Notes under the pieces: model-generated | Told to the model about the DNA's origin: nothing | What the model saw: the letters and a program-made list of their open reading frames with translations, nothing else | Databases searched by the model: none | Shown: positions 12,782-23,513 of the stretch, one piece after another | Position numbering within the stretch: position 1 is the first letter of the stretch | How the letters are laid out: every line of letters begins with the position of its first letter | Made by a program: the position numbers and the translations under genes | NCBI GenBank assembly: GCA_000182565.2 | Contig: KQ257452.1 | DNA from: Spizellomyces punctatus DAOM BR117 | Lineage: Eukaryota | Reading direction: 5' to 3' (one strand) | DNA length: 48,109 bases

Positions 12782-13228
12782 AATGGCCATCTGATGACTG
12801 GAACATATCTGCAGTTGCCACATATCATTCCATATGAATCTCATCTCCCTCATCTTTCCAACAAGAATGGGTTAAGGATCAATGCTATTACTGCTATACT
12901 GCTGCAATCACAGGTATGTAATGTCTTTGTGAACTTTTCCCCACTCTCACTATCCAGTTTACTATTATCCCAACTTTCGACAACTGAGCTATTGCCAATA
13001 CGCCAAAAAGTTGAGAATATATCCGCTAGCATTTACAGAGCATCTGCTCCTAATGCACAATTCATATGGGCAGTAGAAATGTAATATAATATTATTTATT
13101 CTTGTATCTGATAATTAATAGTTCAGCTCGTACGTCACACAGGGAATCGCGTGGTATTTCAGGTTCTCACGGTCTTGGTTTTACTGTACCTTGCACTTTG
13201 GACTCGTATCGTTGAGTGATTCAACCCA

Positions 13229-13745
13229 ATGCCACTTTCCGCGCAATCCGACACTATGGAAGCGTACATAGGACGAACAAGTCACCGTAAAGAAGGAAGA
13301 TATTCGGGTCCTCCTCCGGGGACGGCTGCATCCAGCCGATCTACGACTACCAGAGGAAACGGAGAGAGTTACTACATTGCAGCTGTTAGCGAAAGTCGTG
13401 GCGTTGCAGCCGAGGTTGGCGTTGCAGCCATGGATCTGCGAACGAATGAGTGCCCAGTGTATCAAGTATACCACGACGTCCCATTGTTTAAGACCGCTTA
13501 GGCAGCATACTGATGCGCTCACGACAGTTCGCGGACTCCCAAATATATGTGAAGACAGTCCACAGGCTTTGCATTTTGGATCCAGCAGAGGTAGGAGTGT
13601 GATTGATCCACAAATACCATCTTGGAACTGAACACAGCAAGTGAAAATCTGAGAGCCTGTAAAATCTACGCTAGTTAGATGATTTGGAAACGTATCCCCG
13701 ATGTCGGTATGGTGCCGGTATCTAGGAAATGCTTCAATGCAAGTG
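13229..13745 (+). pseudogene. MSH4: Truncated, decayed 5' fragment of MutS homolog MSH4
   Basis: IAAVSESRGVAAEVGVAAMDL, then intron 13466-13527, then FADSQIYVKTVHRLCILDPAE, then frameshifted ETYP/DVGMVPVSRKCFN. No room for the ATPase domain before the gene at 14100. Confidence 0.7.
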
Positions 13746-14099
13746 TTGGCATTCGCTTCTAGAATTCATATAAGTCGCATATGTCGTGACTCATGTCCTT
13801 TGACAGGATCGACACTGAGTTTCAACTTGGACTCAGAAGTACCGTGTGGGGGGAGCTCAAGTGTTGCGAGGGTGAGAATAGCATACGAGATGCGCTAACG
13901 TCCATGGTACAGTACCGGCACGACACGCGGAGAACGGTGAGAAAACTTTTGATGCGAGTCTGGACGAGAGCAGAGAAGAATGCTGACTCAGCAAAAAGTG
14001 TCTCTACATTCCAACCACCTGCATTCTAGAAAGTTGATACCGCAAGTTTAAAAACAACATCACCGGTGTATTAGGCCACCGCAAGCGCCCACCTTCGCC

Positions 14100-16832
14100 A
14101 TGCAGGAACTCAAAGTGTCCGACGTCTTGCGCCGTGCTTCCACATACAGTTTAGAGCAGGCAGCCAAAGGACTTGCCTCGGCGACGCACGGGTTCGGAGC
14201 TGGCACCTTACAAGTGGATGGGTCATGGTTTAAGGACTCGACTGGTAGAACGATAATGCTCCGAGGCGTCAATGTTTCTGGAAATGCGAAGTTACCGTCT
14301 ACTCCATATATGCCGTCACATGTTCGAGACGGTTTCTTCGATGATGCTACCGTCAGCTTTGTTGGAAGACCCTTTCCGCTAGCGGAGGCCGACGAACATT
14401 TTGCGCGCTTACACTCATGGGGGTTTAACTTCGTACGCCTTAACATAACGTGGGAAGCTTTGGAGCACGCAGGACCGTAAGTGGCATGTGATACTCTTTA
14501 TCTATAGAAGGATCCAGTTCGGGTTAGGAAAACTAACCCTACAAATATCGCAGAGGAATGTACGACTTTGAGTTCATGACGTACATCACAGAGTTGCTGC
14601 AAAAGGCGAAGAGACACAAGTTTAGAGTCTTCATCGATCCCCACCAAGACGTGGTAAATGCAACTACTTTCAATTCAGCCAACTATTGGAAGCTACTAAG
14701 TTTAATGTCTCATTGCAAATGTACTCAGTGGTCGCGTTTTAGTGGCGGATCTGGCGCACCTGGGTGGACTCTACGAAAGGCTGGTTTAGATGTGACAAAG
14801 TTTGCCGCAACGAACGCCGCCATCGTACATAATACATACCCTGACCCCGATAACTACCCGAAAATGATCTGGCCGACTAATTACTACAAACTCGCTGCTG
14901 CCAGTATGTTCACGCTCTTTTTCGGTGGCAAGACCTTTGCTCCTTCTTGTATGGTAGATGGGGTGAACATTGAAGAATTCCTACAGAGTCACTACTGCAA
15001 TGCATTCGCCACTCTGGCGAAAAAGATACAAGAGGTTCCAGGGTTGGAAGATGACGTGGTTATTGGTTACGACACGTTGAATGAACCCAGTCCTGGTCTC
15101 ATCGGATGCCCCGACCTCTCGAAACTTGATCCGCGGCAAGAACTTAAGAAAGGATTGACACCGACCTTCTTCCAGGCAATGCTTCTAGGGGAAGGAATCA
15201 AATGTGATGTCGATGTATGGGAGTTTACCTCATTCGGGCCGCGTAAACAGCGTACAGACACGGTAGATCCGGCCGGTGCTTCTGCATGGCTTCCGCAATC
15301 CGGTGGTTGCATATGGGCTGGTAATGGTGTCTGGGATCGTACAACGGGCACATTACTGCGACCCGAATACTTTTCCAAACATCCGAAGACCAATCAACCC
15401 GTCGATTTTCTCTCTGACCATTGGATGCCATTCGTAAGACGGTTTACAAGTGCTATTCGTGGGGTCTATCCCGGTGCGATTATGTTTATCGAACCTCCGG
15501 TCAATGAGCATCCACCGGTGTGGAATGAAGCAGCAGGAGACCCGGTTGGCAGGTTGTGCTATGCTCCGCATTGGTACGACGGGCTCACTTTAATCAGCAA
15601 ACATTTCAATACCTGGTATAATGTCGACTACATTGGGTTCCTTCGCGGAAAATACTCTCATCCGGCATTTGGACTGAAACTTGGGGATGCGGGTATCCGA
15701 GCTGGTTTCAAAAGTCAGCTCAAGACCTTACGTGATGAAGGGCTAGAATACATGGGTATACTTTATGATTCCTAAGATGTCGCACATGGCGTAGACTAAC
15801 GATTTGGAGATAGGTGAATACCCATGTGTGTTCGGTGAGATAGGAATTCCATATGATATGGATAATCGTATCTCATATCTCACCGGAGACTACACGGCGC
15901 AAACACAGGCTCTTGACTGCAATATGCACGCGCTGGAGACCAATTTACTTAATTTCACCCTTTGGAACTATTGTCCAGACAATAGTCATCAATGGGGGGA
16001 TGGTTGGAATGGGGAAGATTTGAGCATCTGGTCGCCAGCCTTCCCGAGAAGGAAGGGGTCCGCCATCGCGGGGAAAGCCAATGTCAAGATACCGCCTATG
16101 GATGTGAACAGAGTTGGTCCCTTGGAATCGCACATCGGAAAGACATCCTGCATGCATGAGGAAGAAGCTGGGAGCATTGAAGGGGGCGGGACTCCAGTTG
16201 GGCAAGGTGCTTTCGTGAAATCCAGCTCTTGAGAGATAAAAACTTACAAGATTGACATGTCGCTTTTTCCAGACTCAGCCTACCTTGATCAAGGTGGCCG
16301 CGCAATACCAGCCTTCGCCCGTCCCTACCCCGTCCTCACGCCAGGGACCCCGATGTCCCTTCATTTTGATCTACATAGTGGCGTTTTCACTTATACCTTT
16401 CGACATAGCCTGTCATCTGGCCTCTGGGCGACGCCGGGGTTGGATCCTTCTTCTAAAGCATTAGAAACTGAACTTTACGTCCCACGCGAGCACTATCACA
16501 ACGCAGAGCAAGATGCAGAGGTGTGGGTTAGCGAAGGTCTTCTGCGATGGGACCAGACAGAACAGAGATTGTATTGGAGATGCGGCTGTGATCCAGGTTT
16601 TAAAGCACAGACAACACAGTCCGGTAATAATGAAGCGAAGAGGGAAGGGGGAAACTACGATCTTGGACCCGGCGTGGAGCATACTATTGTGATTAAGAAG
16701 CGAGTACCGGGGGCCAAGCCCCTATCCGTCTTAGCAAAGGAGGCTAGGGAGAAAAGATTGGAAGGGACAGATGAGAAAGACGCGCGAGTTGCACTATGTC
16801 CAACGCCAACAAATGAATGCGTCATATTATAG
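14100..16832 (+). CDS. GH5 endoglycoceramidase-related (EGCrP/Egh1-like) glucosylceramidase or steryl-beta-glucosidase
   Basis: LRGVNVSG, TWEALEHAGP, IDPHQDV/WSRFSGGSGAPGW, acid/base TLNEP, APHWYDG, nucleophile FGEIGIP, WGDGWNGEDLSIW, RPYP. Multi-exon; ends CVIL. Confidence 0.9.
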
Positions 16833-17043
16833 CCACTTGAGTAAGATCTAACGTACACCTGTCCATGCCAACCCTTATTTATATACATCACGGATATCTG
16901 AGACCTTCAAGCAAGGTGGGCTCTCAGAGAGCACGGTACCGTTATAGGCCCCTGAAATGGCTTCATGTTAGAAAGCATAGCTCAACAGAAGGGACGGTGT
17001 CGTGCTTATTGCATGTGCCGTATTTATATGTTCATCGAAATCT

Positions 17044-20000
17044 TCATCGATCCTCGTCGTCGAATAAAGGGTTGAATTCGCTAAAGGCGCCCAGAGGGTT
17101 GCCTCTTAAACCCAAAACTCTCTGTTTCCACCGTCCTTCCAGATACAAGCGCTCTAATTTGTAACAGTCTTCTGCGATCCTCTCGGCTTCGTCAAAGCTT
17201 CCCAAGATTTGCAAGATGAATGCGCGCAAAACCAGTGTCCGAACAACGCTCTTAACATCTCCTATTTTGCAGAATGCTGCAGGGTTACGGGGGATGGTCA
17301 AGGCCTGTGCGCAATGACGTGCCAGACCGAATGAGCATGGTCCTCACCTTCACGCGCTCTCTGCAATGCATGCAAAAGAAATTCAAGGTGTTCAATTTTT
17401 TCATTCTCCCAAGTCAATTGGGCCAGGGTCAACTCAACATAGGTGAGCTCGACCTCAGCACGCATCAAGGCATGATGCCTAGAAACACACGGTAGAATTG
17501 ACTGTATCGTGTCCTTGGCTTGATGTATGTACCCTAATTGGTTCAATAGCTTTGACAGTAGGACCACCGATCGATCGCGCTGGAACGTCAGATGGCCGCG
17601 GTCTGATAGGCTAATACTGGTAAGCACATGTGTAAGGGATTCAACACTGTTGTTCGCGGCCTTATCGAGAGTTTAGAAAAAGTCCGCAGTAGGGGCATAT
17701 TTGCCGCAAATTAGACACCAACTTACTAAGTAAATCTCAGCAAGTCCGAGCTGAGCATGAACAAATTGATAGTGAGCATTTGCGCCAAGATTCAGAGCAA
17801 ACATCAATTGCTCATAGAGAAGGGCCAATGCCTTCATACGGTGAGCACGTAGGGGTTTAGTAGAAAGCGCTTCTGATTTTAAAATTGCAGCATAGAAGCT
17901 CACCTCCGCGGGTCGCTCAGATTCTTGAGCCAAAGCAATCCGTTGGAATGATGCAGCACACGCCATCTGGACGTCATCTTCCGCCAGAGAGTCCAAATGT
18001 GATACAGTGAGCTTGGCATCTTGAATTCGGCCTCTTCGAGTAATGTTCCAGTATTAGAATGATTGCTGGGCATATCTCGTAAGAAGTTACCGTACCTGAG
18101 CAAAGATCGCTGGAATACGATATCCAGAAGCGCACTATACCATCGGCTTTCAGCAGTAGGGGCAGCACATGATTCGCAAAAGGTCTTAGCCGCTTGCAGG
18201 GCAGTTAATGCCTCGTGAAAGTTGCCCTCAGCTGCATTCTGACAGTGACACGCATCAGCAAGAAATATGCAACATTTACCAACGATGAGTAACCAACGTC
18301 CGTTCTACTCACATAGAGGGCGAGCATACAAAATCCTAGGGGTTTATCGTCCCCAGCGCTGTATGAGATGTTTGTACTCTGCAACTGGGCATACAAAGTA
18401 GCCAGCAACCAGTTACCTGCTTGATACATCATAAACACGAAGCCCATCATCCAAATGGCAAGGGACAAGTTCTCACCGGCGCGGCTCCAAATTTCTCCTC
18501 GTAATAGATGAGTAGATTCAAAGAAATGTCCCACTGCCTTGTCAAGGGTCACATCTGTGGTATGCAGCAGCTCACCAAAAGCCATAACAGGATCCTGTGA
18601 ATACAAACTTAGTAGGGATTTATATCTGTTGGGCTGAATGAAGACCTACTGCCTCAACTATGGATCGAATTCTGGTCAGTTGATTCACGCTTTGCCATAA
18701 AACTCTGTCAGAAGCTTCTCGCTCTTCCTTGTTATGTGGGACGATTTGTCGAGTGTGTTGCTGGTCGCTCCAACTCGTCTGTTTGGATGGTCCTTGCAAG
18801 CGATGCTGAAGGCTTTGCGGACCGTAAATGCAACTTTGAAAATCTATAAAACGCTGCTTTGAACTACATACGTTTGTAACAAGATCAAGCACGGTTGGTC
18901 CTGCATATCCTGCGCCAACGGGATGGCCTGATCAATAATCTGTGGCGGTATTTGTAAGTCTAGCACATTCAGTTGTCCCAACTCAACAAGCTTAACAAAC
19001 CGCAAGTGCTCGCCGGTGAAGTTTGAATCGGGTATACACCAGGGCAGTGTTAAGCCGCGCATAGTGGTGAACCCACTTGCTAAATCTGAACAAAGCTCTA
19101 CAATTGGTGAAAGGTCACCGGCAGCAACTCGTAACGTCACACATACTTTGCTCCGTAACTGCCTACTAGCTGTTCTTTGGCGGAGTACATGAAGTAGCGA
19201 GAGAGATTTTCCAGGGCCCCTTGCAGTTCCCCCGCTCTCATGCAATTAAGGTAACTAATCCTGGCAATTTAGAACACCATAACAAAGATGCTTTACATCT
19301 CAACTGCATACCTCATCCAGTCCGCTTTCGGCTCCCGTTGTAGATCACGACATATTAGGGATACTTTTTTCTGGAGCTCCTTCGGCGTATCGTTGCCTAT
19401 CCAATCTAAAAAAGCGCATATTTTACATGTCATGCAGTGCGACAGCAAAGGATTACCGGTGAATGTCTGCTCGAACCTTCTAATACATCCACTTGCTTGT
19501 CCATGAACAAATGTACATCGTGGATTGCGAGAATATCTAATGCGCCGCCTGTGGACAAATTATTGAGGATGCTACCTTGGAGGCATCGACCGCTGGAGGA
19601 GCTTGGACTTCCCACCTTGTCCGAAATCCTTCATCTGCCGGAAGTCCGAGCCATTCCGATATCTGATCAATGCGTCATAAAACTTGCAGGCTTTATCAAA
19701 GTCATTCTTCAGAGCGTTCACGTCCAGTATAGTCTCCCGGATAAAGACACCAACCGGAGATGTCATGTTATACCGCGGGCTGATGTCCTCCTACATGGGT
19801 TGGTCAGGGAGGTGTCCATGTCGGTGCATAATGGCACATAGATGATTCACTTCTGTCAGGTCCTCCTCAAATGGCACGAATAGGTCGAACATTGTATCCA
19901 CCGAGACGAGAGCAACATCAAGCTGAGCGAGCAACGAAGTGGGAAAGTCAGTGTACATCGTACAAACGCAGGAATTTTCATTGCAGTCCATACATACCCT

Positions 20001-20317
20001 TTCGATTACAGCTTCTGACCAAGCGCGATCACCGCTATAGGGATACTGGACTGCCAATTTTCGCATAAACACCCCGAAGGGCGGATCCTGCAAGTCGGCT
20101 CTTCCCTGCCGACTGATCAGAAAGTGGCCGACTCTGCCTCCAAGAACTCAAAACTTACCTCAATTTCCTCTAGCAAAAGCTGACTCAGGGACTGTTTCCA
20201 GTGACACGCATAGTCGTCCGGAAGGTCATTGTACAGCTGGAACACAATAAGCACGGCGACTTTATGTGGTGTCAGGAAGGGCATGAGGAACGGCCGGACA
20301 CTTGGCGGGCAGGTCAT
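17044..20317 (-). CDS. APC5: Anaphase-promoting complex subunit 5-like TPR protein
   Basis: N-terminal FLTPHKVAVL, SPVGVFIRETILDVNAL, helical TPR-like exons to the C-terminus. Many introns; exon boundaries approximate. Confidence 0.68.
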
Positions 20318-21033
20318 GACCCCGATCTGTAATGTTTCTGCCGTGCCATTCAACACGGGCATGGGATGACCGAATGGTCTCCGTTGCATACAAAGATCGT
20401 CCACTTGGAAGCTACAAATGCAACGCGTTTGTCCAATTTTGCAGAAGATATGCAGCGTGTTGGGGTTGATCTCCAATTCCCAAGGTCTTTGGTTTCCATG
20501 ATGCGTTTGTCCAAACTGAACTTGAGTACCAAATTGATTGTGATGGTTGAACTTATGTTAGCACAAATTACATCTGTATATCACCTGGAAATATTAATAA
20601 ATTATGCACCATCTGGAAATATTACAAGCATTACATGGGTTGGGCTTAGGGTTACAATGTGTTATTTTTCTGAAGTGTTCAGAATTGAAAGTGACCTTAA
20701 TTAAAGCTGTGAGTATGCTCTAAAACAAAGGAATACTAGTGGGAATGCATGCACACAATGCACTTTGTGAAAGGGACAAAGTCTCAGGACTTGTGTAACT
20801 GGATCCAGTCAGTTACATCTGCTCCAGTCTCATGACTAAGAGCTACACATGACTCATCTGATATGTGAGTCATATGTGTTGTGAGAATCACAGTCTCCCT
20901 CTTGTGAGGCACAGCCATTTAGAAATTATGTGAGTGAAGAAAGAGAAATAAAAGGTTGTCCATGGATGGATGAAACAGGGGTAATCATCCAGCAGGACAC
21001 AACCAATATCCCAATCACCAAAGAGTATTACAT

Positions 21034-21060
21034 TTAGGGTTAGGGTTAGGGTTAGGGTTA
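21034..21060 (+). repeat. Interstitial telomeric repeat (TTAGGG)4.5
   Basis: ttagggttagggttagggttagggtta; further TTAGGG at about 20646 and 21195. Confidence 0.9.
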
Positions 21061-21200
21061 CAAGGGTGTCCCCGGGTAATGGGTTTTCCTAAAATTCACA
21101 TTTTAGTCACTGAATCCTTCATCTATGCCTACTAAATGCCCTCGCAAAAAGGGTTCACTAGGGTCTCTCTGTAACTGAAGAAAAATGCAAAGGGTTAGGG

Positions 21201-21753
21201 TGTAACAGGCTAGCAGGGACAAGAAGACAACAGAAAACTAGGGAAGACTTGGTTACTCTTGTTATTTTCCTTTGAGGGGCCTCAGAGAGGTCCTCTTTTT
21301 ATAGACAAAGGGGCTGACAAATGCTATATCCTAACTACCCAATCAGATCTCACCCACATCATCCTAAACTATTTGTCAGCCTATTGCACCATTTGCAACC
21401 AATCAGAACTCATACNNNNNNNNNNNNNNNNNNNNNNNNNNNNNNNNNNNNNNNNNNNNNNNNNNNNNNNNNNNNNNNNNNNNNNNNNNNNNNNNNNNNN
21501 NNNNNNNNNNNNNNNGTGTCGCTGCACCGCAACTGATTTATTGGTGGCGGTACCGATCTCTTCCTTTTCCGCACTGGCTCGGGCCTCCACAGGTTGTACG
21601 AGGCACGCTGAAATCTAATGCGCCAATTGCCATTCTCCGAACCGGTTTTTTCGGTCGCGGTAACCCAATCGGTGGAGTTGGTCACGCGATTCGTGCTTCC
21701 CGCGTCCGATTTGGGCTTACTCGCGATCTCTCGAAGACGTCCTCGTCGTTACA
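21201..21753 (-). mobile_element. LTR-like sequence(s) spanning an N gap, TGTAAC...GTTACA termini
   Basis: tgtaac at 21201 and gttaca ending 21753. Minus-strand TATAAAAAG (about 21295-21303) and AATAAA (about 21537-21542). Flanks taggg and ataat do not form a TSD. Confidence 0.55.
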
Positions 21754-22153
21754 ATAATATGATATACCCGGCTTATAATATTCTATATAATAAGCCGTAT
21801 TGAAGTGTTTGCCCAATGCATTGGAGTGTTTCAAAGTGTTTCAAAGTGTTTCAAAGTGTTTCGAGTCTTCCAAGGTGTTTGTCCAAGTCCCGGACTATTG
21901 ATGAAGGGATGTGTGCATCTACGCCGAAAATTTTCTCTGACATACACGTAAAATTTTACGCATCTAATATTTCACGTGTCCAAACTTGACATTCGCTTCT
22001 TCTCAAGACTCCATGGTTCGTTTCCCCTTGGGCGGTTCGTTTCCCTTGGGCGGTTCGTTTGGTGATTTTACTCGAGCAAATTCTTGCTACTAGGTTCAAA
22101 CGCCACACTTTATGAAATCACTTTATCTTGCCACTAGGTTCAAATGCCACACT

Positions 22154-22552
22154 TTATGAAATCACTTTAGCTTGGGACTCCATCTCTCCACCTTCCTTTA
22201 CTGATGGTACTCGGGAGACCTTCAGTCTCAACACTTTTCGTTGTTTGTGGTAGATTGTGATAATCTCCATCACTTGGTCTTCTGTATATCCTGCCTCCAT
22301 TAGCCCCTGCTTGACGTCATCCACCAAAGCATTTAGCTTCTCCTCTACTAGTGATGCCACATACATATTTGAACCATCTTCGCCTATGATTGTCCTCACA
22401 TCCTTCTTAACCATTTTCCTTTCAATTGCCTCCTTTCTACGGCGATTCGTTGTTACGACTGCTTGGTGCATCTCATTGTCAACTGTGAGTTGGTAGAACC
22501 TCTTCATCTCATTTAGCTCTTCTTCACTTGCTCGCCTCATCATTTTCTCCAT
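22154..22552 (-). CDS. TIR-encoded 132-aa charged helical protein, copy 1
   Basis: Same as 45806-46204 except H/R at one codon; upstream TATCGATA x2 and TATAAAAG. Confidence 0.8.
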   Translation of the reverse strand: MEKMMRRASEEELNEMKRFYQLTVDNEMHQAVVTTNRRRKEAIERKMVKKDVRTIIGEDGSNMYVASLVEEKLNALVDDVKQGLMEAGYTEDQVMEIITIYHKQRKVLRLKVSRVPSVKEGGEMESQAKVIS

Positions 22553-22794
22553 TGTTAATTGCAGCTGTATTCGAATGTTGTATATGGAATCGTTTTTGAA
22601 AAGAAGGCTTCGAGCTGGGGAGGGGAGACCGGCGACCCTCTTTTATAAACGGAAAAGGAACCCTCCCATCTTATCGATATGATGGTTCAATACATGACCT
22701 CTCATCCTATCGATATAACATGTTCGATCTCTCATCGACAAAGTGGGATGCCATCTTTTGCTTACCTAAGCATTGTGACTCATGCAAATAAGTC

Positions 22795-22993
22795 GCAGTG
22801 AACCAGGTTTCCCTTGCTATCTGGGTAGCGAGGGTAAATGACCCCAATCTCAGTTTCCATGTATAACATACAAGTTGACTTCGGGGTCATTCACCCTCAA
22901 CCTACACCACCCAATAATCAACACAGGTAGCACGTGGTTATCTAGAGTACCTTTGGAGAGCCGAGCCACCTCACACCAGACATTGTTCACTGT
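22795..22993 (+). repeat. ~190-bp nested-palindrome repeat, copy 1
   Basis: GCAGTGAAC...GTTCACTG ends; inner gagggtaaatgacccc / ggggtcattcaccctc arms. Confidence 0.93.
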
Positions 22994-23048
22994 GTGAAAT
23001 TATTGTATAAATCATTCAAAGAGTCATATCAAGTATATACATCTTTTG

Positions 23049-23309
23049 TTATGAATCTATCTTCCGAGGTCTCCCCCTTAGTCTCTTTGGCGAACTTGTT
23101 CCTAATTTCTTGCGCGGTGCTTCCATTCTCGTTATCTGCAGAAACTTAGATGTATATTTGCATTCTTTTCCATCTAACATCCGGCGGATGGTGTGATAGC
23201 AAAGGTTCACCTTGGGTTGCAGTGCCGTTATCGTAGGGGCGGAATGTTCAACAAAGGAGCCATCCGGCTGAAGCAGTTTCACCGTGTAAATGTATTTCGA
23301 GGAAGGCAT
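23049..23309 (-). CDS. Small DNA-binding protein (HTH/NUMOD1-like core plus AT-hook)
   Basis: TITALQPKVNLCYHTIRRML helix pair; C-terminal RGRPRK AT-hook. Only the 3' half is duplicated in the right TIR. Confidence 0.6.
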   Translation of the reverse strand: MPSSKYIYTVKLLQPDGSFVEHSAPTITALQPKVNLCYHTIRRMLDGKECKYTSKFLQITRMEAPRKKLGTSSPKRLRGRPRKIDS

Positions 23310-23513
23310 ATGGAACTGAGTGCAATAATCCTTTACTAAATTTTAATAAACAAAAACCTTTATACTAACGCAATTCGATGCAAATATTCTGTACTTCGAT
23401 GCACAGCTGAAATTACGTCATCCTCTGCAATTTTCGATGCAAATCTTCTTGCATATAAGTCCGGAACGCGGACGCCTTATTTAATTTTAATTCCTTTCTG
23501 AATTAAGTTCAGA

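Larger units (their letters stand above)
21754..23199 (+). repeat. Left terminal inverted repeat (1446 bp; outer end truncated)
   Basis: Reverse complement of 45159-46604, no indels seen (paired coordinates sum to 68358), about ten substitutions by eye. Confidence 0.97.

Noticed and set aside
12767-12786. omegaRNA guide targeting the virus (loose similarity to 29185-29207)
   Set aside because: Gapped, with a mismatch near the seed and no adjacent CATA; the guide is explained as insertion-site flank.
17044-17627. Apparent frameshift/pseudogenisation of APC5
   Set aside because: Frame change is explained by a GTGAG..CTGCAG intron at about 17347-17279.
21034-21060. True chromosome end
   Set aside because: Only 4.5 units, with unique sequence continuing on both sides.
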